Shown here one piece after another: positions 19,601-29,762 of a DNA stretch of 64,000 nucleotides. Numbering within the stretch: the first letter of the stretch is position 1; each line of letters opens with the position of its first letter. The stretch spans positions 1 through 64,000 of IMG/VR virus record IMGVR_UViG_3300002498_000005, one strand, 5' to 3'. The position numbers were made by a program, and so were the translations under genes. The notes below the pieces were generated by a model that was not told where the DNA came from, did no database searches, and saw nothing but the letters and a program-made list of their open reading frames with translations. The DNA comes from a virus.

Positions 19601-20527
19601 TCACATAAAAATTTCTTTTTTGCACTCTTTAACTTTTTGGATTACAAGAGAATTTAAAATTCTAAAATCAATCTTAGGATTTTTAAATTGTTTAACAAAA
19701 TTCCAACATTCTTCTTGGATTAACGTATAAAAGATGCGCCCTAATAATTCAGGAATATATCGACTTTGCCATCCTTCTTTCTCAACCACAAGTTTACTGT
19801 ATTCTTTTTCAATAAAAGCATTAGTACAAAAATCGTTTGTAATGCTTTCTTCAACTAATTTAGATGCTTGGATATTTGGACACCCAAATTCTTTAGCATT
19901 TTTTTCTTTAAATTCATTGGTAACTATTTTAGCCCACGTTTGTCTGCCATATTTATTATAGTAATTATAATTCTTAACAACTAGCCCCTCGCCATTACCA
20001 GCGCCATCTTTAACTAAAAACTGCCCAGTTTTTTCAAGGGCTTTGATAAGCGATTCATATGTAGGGTTTGTAATTGTGGCTATCGGTGGGATATAATCAA
20101 GATTAAATTCTTTTAACATAGGCATATATATATCATAAGGAATATATTCTAATACGTCCTCGTCCCTATCTATACATACATCAAAAATATAAAACCTACG
20201 CCAAGCATCGTCTCTATAAGTTTTTAAACTGTGAGGAACAAGCCATTCCCCAAACAACCTATGATTTGGGTGTTGAATAAAATAGTCTGTAATACGTGTG
20301 TCTTCTAGCATAGCGTTGTAAAACCCAACATTATCATTTTCTATACTTAAAGTTCTGTTGCGACTACCAGCGCACAATTTACTATCTGTATCGAGCCACA
20401 ATGAACCATTTGTACCATCTATTTTATAAAATATATAACAATTGCCAATTTCAATACCGTTGGTTTCATCTGTTCCAAATCTCTCTACATGTTGATATTT
20501 TTGAAATTCCATTAAATTTCTCCTCAC
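19601..20527 (-). CDS. RNA ligase (Rnl2-like)
   Basis: KIDGTN motif I, FGEW, FDV, EGLVVK, AKIV. Confidence 0.85.
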   Translation of the reverse strand: MRRNLMEFQKYQHVERFGTDETNGIEIGNCYIFYKIDGTNGSLWLDTDSKLCAGSRNRTLSIENDNVGFYNAMLEDTRITDYFIQHPNHRLFGEWLVPHSLKTYRDDAWRRFYIFDVCIDRDEDVLEYIPYDIYMPMLKEFNLDYIPPIATITNPTYESLIKALEKTGQFLVKDGAGNGEGLVVKNYNYYNKYGRQTWAKIVTNEFKEKNAKEFGCPNIQASKLVEESITNDFCTNAFIEKEYSKLVVEKEGWQSRYIPELLGRIFYTLIQEECWNFVKQFKNPKIDFRILNSLVIQKVKECKKEIFM

Positions 20528-20542
20528 ATTAAATTCACAGCT

Positions 20543-20746
20543 TTAATCAATATAGTCTAAGTTTTCATCTTCGTCTAGCGATGGGTTGATTATTGATAAA
20601 ATCTCCCATAGCGCAGTTTGGTAATCTGAATTATCATCAAAATATAATACATTATTTGCTATTTTATTAATCTGATATAAATCTTTTAGCGCGGACTTTA
20701 TTAATGCTTCTTTATCTAAATATTTACTCATTGTGTACTTATCCAT
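20543..20746 (-). CDS. Hypothetical acidic protein
   Basis: Between sites 20530/20763. Confidence 0.55.
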   Translation of the reverse strand: MDKYTMSKYLDKEALIKSALKDLYQINKIANNVLYFDDNSDYQTALWEILSIINPSLDEDENLDYID

Positions 20747-20775
20747 TATTTTATCCCCTAATTAAAATTCTAATT

Positions 20776-21675
20776 TTATTGATACATTGCATTTTGTAAT
20801 TGCTCTTTACTTATATTAAATGCGCCCTTTTCAGCCGCTTCTATATCTCTTTCGTCTATAAGGTGTTCGAGATATCTTTTAGTAGTTTTAACATCCTTCT
20901 GTCCTAATCTGCGCCCTATGGTTAAAATATCATTTCCTTGCGATCTAAGCATAGCGGCACATGTATGACGCAATTTATGCGGAGTTATTTTTTTGTTAAT
21001 TTCCGCTCTTTTAGCGATGCGCTCCACCAACCCATAGATGCCAGATGTGCTGTATTGTCTTTTCATATTAGATATAAACAAGTATTCTATATCATCATTT
21101 CTTGTATCAAGATATTCATTTATGGCTTCAGCAGTATGAGACCCAACAGCTAACACTCTTTCTATATTACCCTTTTCTATAACTCTTAGCCTTTTGCCAT
21201 CCCAGTCTGTTTTCTTCAAATTACATAATGCAGATTCACGCATTCCAGTATCAAGAAAAGTTATCATAAGCGCATAATTCTTTATTGATTTAGATGCTTC
21301 ATTTAAAAACTGTAACCCCTCATCAATCGTCATATGTACTGATAATCTCTCTGGTATTTTTCTAATTTTCTTAAAAGTTTTTTTGTGTATAATAGGGCAA
21401 TTGTCTGTTATGCCACTTTCATTTAAAAACTTATAGAAATTATTGATTGCCATAAACCGTCTGTTAGCAGTAGCAGGAGAATCTAACTTTAGAAAACCAT
21501 CAACGTCTTCAGTTGTTATTTCTTCAGGATTTTTGCCAACAACATCTAAAAATTTAACTATATCATTACAATATGACTCAATCGTATAGATTGAATTAAT
21601 CCCAGCAGATGATTCACAATTTCTTAAATTTTTAAGTTCATTTTTATATTGATTTACATAATCATTCATCGACAA
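20776..21675 (-). CDS. Tyrosine recombinase (XerC/D-like)
   Basis: SAM-like N-terminus; TGMR, KG, HKLRH, LGQ..TTKRY. Confidence 0.9.
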   Translation of the reverse strand: MSMNDYVNQYKNELKNLRNCESSAGINSIYTIESYCNDIVKFLDVVGKNPEEITTEDVDGFLKLDSPATANRRFMAINNFYKFLNESGITDNCPIIHKKTFKKIRKIPERLSVHMTIDEGLQFLNEASKSIKNYALMITFLDTGMRESALCNLKKTDWDGKRLRVIEKGNIERVLAVGSHTAEAINEYLDTRNDDIEYLFISNMKRQYSTSGIYGLVERIAKRAEINKKITPHKLRHTCAAMLRSQGNDILTIGRRLGQKDVKTTKRYLEHLIDERDIEAAEKGAFNISKEQLQNAMYQ

Positions 21676-21700
21676 TTACCTTCTTTTATTTGATACCCTT

Positions 21701-21729
21701 ATTATACTACATATACCTTAATTTGTCAA
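21701..21729 (-). promoter_or_regulatory. sigmaA-type promoter of the recombinase
   Basis: TTGACA-17-TATAAT. Confidence 0.75.
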
Positions 21730-21767
21730 TGTGGTATTTATATATTATTTAATATTTTTTTAAATCT

Positions 21768-22031
21768 CTAAACAGAATTTAATTCTTCAAAAAATAATTT
21801 AGCAAATTCTTTCCCAGTTCTCTCAATTCTTATTTTTAACAAACAATTGCCATATTTAGGATTTTTGGTAACAAAGGTGCCCAATTGCTCTTGGTTAATA
21901 GGACATCCTTCGCATCCATATAGGCGTAAGCGGTTAGCACATTGCTCTGCCATAAGCCTCATGCTATCCGCCTCCTTAGCTACCTCGCTAGATGTTTTTT
22001 TATTCACATAATCGCCCTCTATTAATAACAA
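21768..22031 (-). CDS. Hypothetical protein
   Basis: ORF; GAGG before internal GTG. Confidence 0.5.
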   Translation of the reverse strand: MLLIEGDYVNKKTSSEVAKEADSMRLMAEQCANRLRLYGCEGCPINQEQLGTFVTKNPKYGNCLLKIRIERTGKEFAKLFFEELNSV

Positions 22032-22627
22032 AAATAAGTCGTTGTATGTCCATTATTTATAGCCTTCCAAACGCCCTTGCTTTGTTTAAATTCTGCCTGA
22101 AAGAGAATGTTGGAGGGGCAAAACCTTTCGCCCTCTAAGAGCCGTTTAGCGTTCGCTATTGCCCTTGCGGTAGGCGTTCTTTTTATCATGCCATTTGTAA
22201 CGCACGCATATTGCCCCGATTGGTAAATAACTCCACGTATTGTATTTGGGAAGCCACTACTAGCTACCCGATTTAATACTACATTGCCCACCAATAATTG
22301 TTGTTCGTCCGAACAATAATCGGCTCCTGCCTCTGCTTGGATTAATCTAGCCAATAAATCCAAATCCTCTGCTGTATATGACACTTTTGTGCTAACAGAA
22401 GAGGTTGGTGTTGGCGTCGATGGCACCGACGTTTGTGTCGGTAAGACAGTTTCTATTGCCTCCGTTGGTATTGAGGATACAATAACCTGTATCGTTTCTA
22501 TTGTTGTTTCTGTCGGTATTGATATAGCCAATATAGAATTGGACTGAGTATTTATTGTACTTGCCGCCATAGATAAAATAACTATACTTATAGTCATAAA
22601 GATAGCAAATCTTTTAATAATTGCCAT
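22022..22627 (-). CDS. Cell wall hydrolase (SleB/Hydrolase_2 family), secreted
   Basis: Signal peptide, S/T/P linker, LLARLIQAEAG..VVLNRV..FPNTIRGVIYQSGQY. Confidence 0.9.
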   Translation of the reverse strand: MAIIKRFAIFMTISIVILSMAASTINTQSNSILAISIPTETTIETIQVIVSSIPTEAIETVLPTQTSVPSTPTPTSSVSTKVSYTAEDLDLLARLIQAEAGADYCSDEQQLLVGNVVLNRVASSGFPNTIRGVIYQSGQYACVTNGMIKRTPTARAIANAKRLLEGERFCPSNILFQAEFKQSKGVWKAINNGHTTTYFCY

Positions 22628-22814
22628 TAGAGACCTCCTTTAATTTGAAATAAAATTCCCCATTTATTTTTTTTGTTTACAATACATATATATAATTACT
22701 GCCATCATAATGGCTAATAAAATTAGCCCACAAATTATTTCTTTTAAATATATTCCAACCAAACACAAAATTGCCGTTGACATTTTTATAATCCTTTCAA
22801 TTAAAACCTAGATT

Positions 22815-23045
22815 TTATTTATCTTTTTCAATAAGTTTGTCCCAATATTTGTCTTCTTTTTTAAAGTGTCTTTTAAGTAATATTTTTATTATCCAATGCG
22901 GAAGAAGTGAATGTTTGCAAGGTGAATATATATCTTTTTGCAAGATACACTCCTCTTCGAATTCATCATAATTAAACGACATACGATAAAAAGCAGGGCA
23001 TGTTTCACATCTCTTCTCCATTGTGTCGTATAATTTATCTAACAT
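22815..23045 (-). CDS. Hypothetical protein
   Basis: Stop in site 22802. Confidence 0.55.
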   Translation of the reverse strand: MLDKLYDTMEKRCETCPAFYRMSFNYDEFEEECILQKDIYSPCKHSLLPHWIIKILLKRHFKKEDKYWDKLIEKDK

Positions 23046-23275
23046 ACTCTTCCTCTTTTATTCCAAGCGTCTATAGCTTGTTGAATTGCTTCTTCGGTAG
23101 CATTTCTGTAGTTTTGCTCATTACATAATATTCTTGTACCATATGCATTGCATTTTTTACAATATATGGCTACTTTTCTTTTCCCCTGCTTCCAATCCGT
23201 AGTCGCTGTTTTGTTCGATATTCCTAATTTATTACTACCGCAGAAAGGGCAAGGCTTTAGCTTTTCGTTACTCAT
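23039..23275 (-). CDS. Lar-family restriction-alleviation-like protein
   Basis: LKPCPFCG...CxxC...AIDAWNKR. Confidence 0.75.
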   Translation of the reverse strand: MSNEKLKPCPFCGSNKLGISNKTATTDWKQGKRKVAIYCKKCNAYGTRILCNEQNYRNATEEAIQQAIDAWNKRGRVC

Positions 23276-23430
23276 TATTATTTACCTCTTTAAATTTAAT
23301 TTCTAAAACTTCCTCTAAGGCTTTATAAATTATAGGTATTCTATCTTTGTTAAACTGTTGTGCAACCGCAATATCAGCCAGTGCCCTTTTTAGCATTTCT
23401 TCTTTTGTATCGCATGTCATATAATCTTCT

Positions 23431-23757
23431 TTATAAGTCATTGTTATTTACCTCCCAATTACTATCAAGCTCTTGTCCACAATGTCTACAATATAAGTTT
23501 GCTCTAGTAACATAATTACCGCAATTAGGACAACTAGCTTCTACAATTAAATTAAATGCATTTGATTTTGGGTTTACGACCTTCTTAGCAATGTGCTTTT
23601 CTTCTTTTGCAAGTTCGAGAGCTTCTATTGCTATTTTAAAAGCTTCTACTACTCTTGTTTTTCCATTTCTTCTAGTTGCGTACAATGGTTTCATATCGCA
23701 CTCAAATACTTGCTCTAACGTGATTTTTGCTTCTTCGTATATATTCATTAAACCCAC
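23431..23757 (-). CDS. Zinc-ribbon hypothetical protein
   Basis: CPNCG..YCRHCGQ. Confidence 0.65.
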   Translation of the reverse strand: MGLMNIYEEAKITLEQVFECDMKPLYATRRNGKTRVVEAFKIAIEALELAKEEKHIAKKVVNPKSNAFNLIVEASCPNCGNYVTRANLYCRHCGQELDSNWEVNNNDL

Positions 23758-24093
23758 CTACTTATTTTTTTTTGATATTTTTTCATAAGCCTCGTCAAGT
23801 TTTTTGCATATTTTATTACTTATTGATGGTTCGAAATAACTATAATCTCTATAACCTCCATAAGCCTCTGCAATTTCATGTATACGTTCTGGTCTTTCTT
23901 CCTCATCACGTTCCAAAACCTCTAGTATTCTTTTGTAATGGGGTAGCCATGTTTCTGCTTCAAGTCTTGTTACAAGCCTGCAAGTAAACGTATGCACCTT
24001 TTCATCTTCTTTTGTGTAAGAAATACGATCTTTATAAAGTGCTATTTTATTTTTTACAAGCTCTATTGTTTCTTCGTATTTATTTCCCATCAT
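23758..24093 (-). CDS. Hypothetical protein
   Basis: GGGAG RBS. Confidence 0.6.
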   Translation of the reverse strand: MMGNKYEETIELVKNKIALYKDRISYTKEDEKVHTFTCRLVTRLEAETWLPHYKRILEVLERDEEERPERIHEIAEAYGGYRDYSYFEPSISNKICKKLDEAYEKISKKNK

Positions 24094-24101
24094 TACACTC
24101 C

Positions 24102-24368
24102 CTATACGTTTGTATATTTAATCATCAATTCTTGGTTGTGCGCTTCTAGCCGTGCGATTGTATATTGTAAATGCTCAATTTTTTGTTCTTTTTTTTCAAC
24201 TAAAGACTGACAAATATCTAACTCTTGTTCTAACTTCCAATTTTCATATACTAAATCTTGGCATTTATCTGTTAGTGTTTTATTAGATTCTTGAAGCATT
24301 TTTATCTCAATAGGTGTAAGCCCTAAACCTAAAAACTGTTCATATTGTTCTTGATCATAATTACTCAT
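24102..24368 (-). CDS. Coiled-coil hypothetical protein
   Basis: AGGAGG RBS; GLTPIEI motif. Confidence 0.6.
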   Translation of the reverse strand: MSNYDQEQYEQFLGLGLTPIEIKMLQESNKTLTDKCQDLVYENWKLEQELDICQSLVEKKEQKIEHLQYTIARLEAHNQELMIKYTNV

Positions 24369-24454
24369 TAATAACCCTCCTTATTTAAATAAATTGCATC
24401 TTTTAATTGATCATATTGTCTGCTTGTCCAAATAAACTGTGTGTTTTATTTTTA

Positions 24455-24907
24455 TTAATCGTGTAAAATGTCAAAGTTTAAAGTGGTAGAACGTGGTACC
24501 GATGGTGTAATTTCTAAATAGGAATTTGGTTGAACATCAAATTTTGTCTCTTTTACATACTCTTCGCTATATTCATCATAAATTTTATGTCGCAGTTTTT
24601 CTCCTAGGTCTCTAAGCTCAGGATTAATATAATAATCCCAAAGTTTTTCATCATCATCTTTACACTTATAGGCAATGATATTATCGTATTTATCATAATA
24701 ATTTGTTTTATATTTGTATATGCTAGGTGGCATATCTGCCCACCCATTATTTTCATTATATCTATCTTGGGTACTAGCAGTTATAAAACCAAAAAACTCA
24801 CTTTGATTTACTTTAATATAATCTGGTATATTTTTTTTAATCAAATCTCTTGTTTTATAAGTTAATATAGCCGTTCCTTTTCCTATTGAATATTTTTGTT
24901 CGCTCAT
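24455..24907 (-). CDS. Hypothetical protein, paralog of 16550-17014
   Basis: Shared motifs; bounded by sites 24433/24925. Confidence 0.75.
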   Translation of the reverse strand: MSEQKYSIGKGTAILTYKTRDLIKKNIPDYIKVNQSEFFGFITASTQDRYNENNGWADMPPSIYKYKTNYYDKYDNIIAYKCKDDDEKLWDYYINPELRDLGEKLRHKIYDEYSEEYVKETKFDVQPNSYLEITPSVPRSTTLNFDILHD

Positions 24908-24937
24908 TATTCTACCTCTCCAAATAAAATCTCGAAT

Positions 24938-25150
24938 TTATTCACACGTATATGCAACCCAGCCATTGTTGTATCTATCTAGTTGTAGGTAAATTGGCAT
25001 TTCAGAGCCAAGGCTATAAAATACTGCGTATCCGTATTCCCAACAGCTTGCCACTTCCATACATCCAATATCTTTTGCGCTTTCTATCCAAACAGGAGAA
25101 CCAACCATCTGCTCTAATTTATCTAACGGAATTATACCTTTCCCTTTCAT
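24938..25150 (-). CDS. Hypothetical phage protein
   Basis: L.QMVGSPVWI..WVAY pattern; GGAGG RBS. Confidence 0.6.
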   Translation of the reverse strand: MKGKGIIPLDKLEQMVGSPVWIESAKDIGCMEVASCWEYGYAVFYSLGSEMPIYLQLDRYNNGWVAYTCE

Positions 25151-25188
25151 TTTAACCCTCCAATAACTTTATGATAGTATATATTAAC

Positions 25189-25218
25189 ATTATACACCAT
25201 AATATGGGTATTTGTCAA
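25189..25218 (-). promoter_or_regulatory. sigmaA-type promoter
   Basis: TTGACA-18-TATAAT. Confidence 0.7.
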
Positions 25219-25298
25219 TATTTTGGTAACATTTTAAGATAAAAAATATATGATAGAACATACGTTTTATTCTTTATGCGTTAAAATAATATTTTTAT

Positions 25299-25508
25299 TT
25301 AAAATAAGTTCGCATCATTCTCTTCGCAAGTATATTGTTGTAAATCAATATCCCAATCTAAGTCTTCGCCAATATTACCATCATTTTTACAATTGTTATA
25401 ATATATTAAGAATGGGCTTCCACAACATCCACATCCACCAATCTCAATATGATATTTAATCGTTAACGCTGATAACTCAACTAAAAATTCTTTTAATTTA
25501 AAATCCAT
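25299..25508 (-). CDS. Hypothetical protein
   Basis: GGCGCCGSP motif; between sites 25282/25526. Confidence 0.6.
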   Translation of the reverse strand: MDFKLKEFLVELSALTIKYHIEIGGCGCCGSPFLIYYNNCKNDGNIGEDLDWDIDLQQYTCEENDANLF

Positions 25509-25752
25509 TTCTATCTCCTTCCAAATAAAACAACGGTTTTAACTATCAATATCTTCTACAATAAGTCTCACCCTAGTTTTTTCTCCAACATATCCAGTTA
25601 ATAACTGTGCATTAACTAAAACATTATATAAATCTAAATATTGCCCATCATCTGTATCAATATATAATTCGCCATCGTGCCCTGCATATAAGTCCCCACT
25701 TAATTCTATTTTCATGTTTTTATTCCTTTCGTCTTCGGTTAAAACGACCCTT

Positions 25753-26229
25753 CTATTCATATTGTTCTTTATATCGCTTTTCTTTTTCAAGATTGTCTCT
25801 TTGCCACTTTAACGCTCCCTGTGCCTTCCTCCTTCTAATTGGGTTTTGAAAAAAGGCATAGGAGGCTTTAATATCATCAGCTAAAGTCGGTGTTTTTTTA
25901 GCACTTTGTTTTTTGGGCAATTTTTTAGTTTTTTGTTTTGATTTTTTTGGATTGTGCAGAACTAACGGTGGCTCTGGTAAACCTTTAACGTGCCTATATT
26001 CCTCCTCTGTTAAAGATGCCTTTTCTCGGTTACAATCCAAACAACATACTCTTAAATTCCGTGGGATAGTCTCTCCCCCACGACTTAATGGGGTTAGGTG
26101 GTCGATTGTGCATTCTTTTTTTGTTAATGACTTTCCACAGTAATAACATCTTAATTCAGAGCTATCCTTAATTTTCTTTATTGACGTTTTGTATTTGCTA
26201 CGACCCCTTACTCTTTGTGCCTCAGTCAT
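25753..26229 (-). CDS. HNH endonuclease
   Basis: CYYCG..TIDHLTPLSRGG..NLRVCCLDCNREK. Confidence 0.88.
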   Translation of the reverse strand: MTEAQRVRGRSKYKTSIKKIKDSSELRCYYCGKSLTKKECTIDHLTPLSRGGETIPRNLRVCCLDCNREKASLTEEEYRHVKGLPEPPLVLHNPKKSKQKTKKLPKKQSAKKTPTLADDIKASYAFFQNPIRRRKAQGALKWQRDNLEKEKRYKEQYE

Positions 26230-26254
26230 TTTTTTAAAATTTCCTTTTGTGTTA

Positions 26255-26704
26255 TTAAACTTCGCCCTGAAATTTTTTAAATAATTCAGCCATTGTCATA
26301 TTATTTTGTGCTGCCAAATCAACAGCTAATGCACATACGTTTTTCTCCATGCTTGATCCCATTTCTTCGCAAAAATATTCTAATAAATCTGAATATTCTC
26401 TGTTTGGGAACCACCTATCTTCTGGATCTTCTTCTTCCATTACCTCTTCACGTCCAACACTGTCCCAAGCCTTAATATAATGATGATTAATGTTAAATCT
26501 TTTTGTGACTTCCCCTGCATTTGAACCTTTTGCTGATCTCCACCAACCCCATTCGTCTTTCCAGTCCTTGTCCGATGTGTTACACATCGTTATAAAGTCT
26601 TCATCTGAAACTTCCCACACCTTGTAATATTCACCATTGTATGTCTTTGTTGTAACAATACCTAATTCTGATAAATTTAATTCTCCACCTAAAATTTCGA
26701 CCAT
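26255..26704 (-). CDS. Hypothetical phage protein
   Basis: GAGG RBS, 149 aa. Confidence 0.65.
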   Translation of the reverse strand: MVEILGGELNLSELGIVTTKTYNGEYYKVWEVSDEDFITMCNTSDKDWKDEWGWWRSAKGSNAGEVTKRFNINHHYIKAWDSVGREEVMEEEDPEDRWFPNREYSDLLEYFCEEMGSSMEKNVCALAVDLAAQNNMTMAELFKKFQGEV

Positions 26705-26754
26705 TTTTAATTTACCTCACTTTTTATATTTTTTTAATAAATAAATTGCGTAAT

Positions 26755-26961
26755 TTATTGCTTATTTTTATATTCAACATAACACTTATCGCAAAGCACT
26801 CTGCCGTCTTTAACTTTATGCATATCAGCCCATTTTATAGCCTGTTGCTTGCTATGTACATTTTCTGACCAACTATCGGGTGCAGTATCTTCTATTCCGC
26901 AATTATCACATTTAACTGTATATTGTGTCGTTTGATAACTTGTGACACCCATAAGTTTCAC
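26755..26961 (-). CDS. Small zinc-finger protein
   Basis: CDNC..LCDKC. Confidence 0.55.
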   Translation of the reverse strand: MKLMGVTSYQTTQYTVKCDNCGIEDTAPDSWSENVHSKQQAIKWADMHKVKDGRVLCDKCYVEYKNKQ

Positions 26962-27176
26962 TCACTTTCTATCTCACCGAGGTCTATGTCCTTTGCTGTT
27001 ATAGAAACTCCAACATTATTGGCAATACATTTAATATCGTACTCTATATAATCCTCAATAGGACAATATTTTTTCGGATTATACCCCAACATTTTTAATA
27101 TGTCATAATATAACTTGCCACCATTGGTTTTATATTTCTTTTTAAATATATTAAACATTTTGTCACTCCCTATCAA
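26958..27176 (-). CDS. Hypothetical protein
   Basis: GGGAG before internal ATG. Confidence 0.5.
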   Translation of the reverse strand: MIGSDKMFNIFKKKYKTNGGKLYYDILKMLGYNPKKYCPIEDYIEYDIKCIANNVGVSITAKDIDLGEIESE

Positions 27177-27194
27177 ATAAAATTGCTTTTTTAT

Positions 27195-27989
27195 TCAATC
27201 TAAATATTTTTCTGCTTCTTCCTGTTGGTCTCTGTCTATATAATAACCATATAAGAAATCTTTTTGTCTTTTTGTTAATGGTTTAATACTACTTGACGTT
27301 ACCATCGCTAATCCTTGCGTAGGATTATGAAGTAATACAAACCCTTTTGCATAAACAAGAAAGTCTCCTTTTGAACCACACCCGAAAGGAAGTTTTTCAT
27401 TATAATCCATATATTCATATTTGAGTCTATTTTTATTTACGTAGTCATCTGCCCAATCTTGATGGTCTCCAAAATCAGAAGGATAAAATTCGCCCTGTGG
27501 AGATAGCCAACCATAGTTATCATTATATCTTTGCGCTTTTAAAAAATTATCAAGTAAATCATCGCCATCTGTAGAAAAGTCTCGCACCGACTTATAACTT
27601 TTATCAAGTTGAGCTTCAGCTTCATCGGCTCTTTTATATGAAGATTTAAGAGTATTTGTTAATGTTTTAAAAAGTGAAAGTGTAACATTATCGTCTTCAA
27701 CGCCATAGGTATCGTTTCTTGTATTACCTGTTAGCTTTTGTTTACCTATTATAATATTTGACGCTATCTCTTTGCGCTGATCTATGGACAAACTATCGGA
27801 CACTAGACAATCTAATAGTAATTCCTCAACTACCTCATAAGGCTTTCCTTCTTTGTAAAACCATGAACGAACAAGTTCTGTTATATAATCGCCCGATATA
27901 TCAAATGTAACGGTTTTATATTCTTTGCCTGTTTGCTCATCAACCTCAAACCCATCATTATCTATTAAATTCATTTCTAATACCTCCAA
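27195..27989 (-). CDS. Hypothetical phage protein
   Basis: 264 aa; GWLSPQGEFY..H motif. Confidence 0.7.
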   Translation of the reverse strand: MEVLEMNLIDNDGFEVDEQTGKEYKTVTFDISGDYITELVRSWFYKEGKPYEVVEELLLDCLVSDSLSIDQRKEIASNIIIGKQKLTGNTRNDTYGVEDDNVTLSLFKTLTNTLKSSYKRADEAEAQLDKSYKSVRDFSTDGDDLLDNFLKAQRYNDNYGWLSPQGEFYPSDFGDHQDWADDYVNKNRLKYEYMDYNEKLPFGCGSKGDFLVYAKGFVLLHNPTQGLAMVTSSSIKPLTKRQKDFLYGYYIDRDQQEEAEKYLD

Positions 27990-28002
27990 TTTAAAATATT
28001 TT

Positions 28003-28230
28003 TTATTCGTTATATTTAACTATTGCATCTTCTATGTTATCAAAGTCATATATTGTTCCGCCTTTGCCAACCTGAAAAAACATCTTCATTTTACCAAAAT
28101 CATAAATGCCATCTAATCCCTTACGGTCTCCGCTACTACTCGCAATAGTAAATCTATGTTTAAAATTTGCTAGTTCTTGAATATTAATTGTATGTATCTG
28201 TAACATCATTTTAATCTCCTTTATTCTCAC
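28003..28230 (-). CDS. Hypothetical protein
   Basis: AAGGAG before internal ATG. Confidence 0.5.
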   Translation of the reverse strand: MRIKEIKMMLQIHTINIQELANFKHRFTIASSSGDRKGLDGIYDFGKMKMFFQVGKGGTIYDFDNIEDAIVKYNE

Positions 28231-28986
28231 TCATGCTCGTTTATCCTCGCTTATGCTCAACATAAATGTCAATAAAATCCCCATTTTATTTCAGTATTAA
28301 TTTAATTTGTTCATCAAGTATTTTTAATTTTATATCAAACGTTTTATATCTTTCTATTGACCTTTTTGTTTTCATGCCCTTATAAAAGATTTTTGCATTC
28401 TTTACTGCTTCCTCATAATCGTTCTGCTGAATATTATAAGCAATTAATTTATAAAAATTATCTAAAAATTCTTTCATATTATATAACTCCTTCGGGTGGC
28501 ACAATAGTTGTGCTGTTATACTGTTTCGGGCAAGGATAGCAGTCAAAATATCTATCACAATCATCAACTTGTACTTTTAAAAGGTCGCAGATACATGTAT
28601 AATCGTCAATACTCATATCCCAAATATGAAAATGGACACAGTCTTTGCCCCAACAATCTTTTGGAAATTTATCGCTCATATTTTTATCCTCTCGTGGCAT
28701 AGTTTTCTCGCTGTTACTTTGTTTATTTTATTTGAACAAGAGTAAGACTTTGAATGCGTTCTCTGTAATAACCAACAATTATATTAGGTGAACCTTGAAT
28801 ATGCGTAGAGAGCTTATCTCCATTTACTAATTCCATTTCTATATGCCATTGTTGATCCCAACAGTCATAATTATCCTTTAAAATCGTAGACATCTCACAT
28901 AACAAACACTTGTTATCCATAATATTAACCTCATCATAAGTAAAATTATTTATATTTTTGCATTTATATTTATGTCAACAAGGCTG

Positions 28987-29250
28987 TTATTTTTCAAGTC
29001 CAATTTTCTGTCGGATAGTTTTTATTACAGCATCGACTTTTTGCTCGTCTTCAAATCTATAATACCCACTACCATCTGCATAATCCAAATAAGTATAACC
29101 ATTAATTAAAGAAATTAAATCGTGTCTATCGTCCACCGTAATATAACCTTCCACATAATTTTTCCAAAATAATTTACCTAATAATTCCGTCAATGCTTGG
29201 TGTACTCTACCTTCTTCTTGCTCAATAGCTTCTTCTAATTGAAATTTCAT
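28987..29250 (-). CDS. Hypothetical protein
   Basis: GAAGGG RBS. Confidence 0.55.
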   Translation of the reverse strand: MKFQLEEAIEQEEGRVHQALTELLGKLFWKNYVEGYITVDDRHDLISLINGYTYLDYADGSGYYRFEDEQKVDAVIKTIRQKIGLEK

Positions 29251-29265
29251 TTGTGTAGCCCTTCA

Positions 29266-29517
29266 CTATTTTATTAGTTGTTCTAATCCTATCCCCGCAA
29301 ACGCACATAGTCTTATAGCACTCTCAAACACTGGTTTATTACCCCCACGCTTTGTCCATGCATAGACTGCATGTATTGTTGTTCCTGTTTTATCTGCTAT
29401 TTGCTGGGCTTTATATGGTCTTAATAGCTCTGCTATATTCAATCTTATTGTCTCTTTTGGTGTTTCGTTATACTTATCTATTGTTTCTAATATTTGTTGT
29501 ACCGTTGCATCCTGCAT
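29266..29517 (-). CDS. HTH (Cro/XRE-like) regulator
   Basis: AQQIADKTGTTIHAVYAWTKRGGNKP..AIRLC. Confidence 0.7.
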   Translation of the reverse strand: MQDATVQQILETIDKYNETPKETIRLNIAELLRPYKAQQIADKTGTTIHAVYAWTKRGGNKPVFESAIRLCAFAGIGLEQLIK

Positions 29518-29733
29518 TAAAATTCCTCCATTTTTATTGTCTATTACCTCTCAATAGCTCTAGTAAATGGTCATTGTCTGCTTTAACCTTTTTACATTCC
29601 TCAAACCAATAACTTTCGCCACGTTCAAAAGGCTCTAGTCTCGCTACTAATTCTTCGTTTTCTTCTATTAATCTTTTATTTTGTTGCAATATTCCATCTT
29701 CAATTATATACATTTAATTAACCCCTTTTCTAT

Positions 29734-29762
29734 ATTATAACACTAAATATCTAGTATGTCAA
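29734..29762 (-). promoter_or_regulatory. sigmaA-type promoter
   Basis: TTGACA-17-TATAAT. Confidence 0.7.

Noticed and set aside
27990-28005. Junction site with non-6 spacing (also ~11108)
   Set aside because: Spacing ambiguous in A/T runs; not counted among the copies
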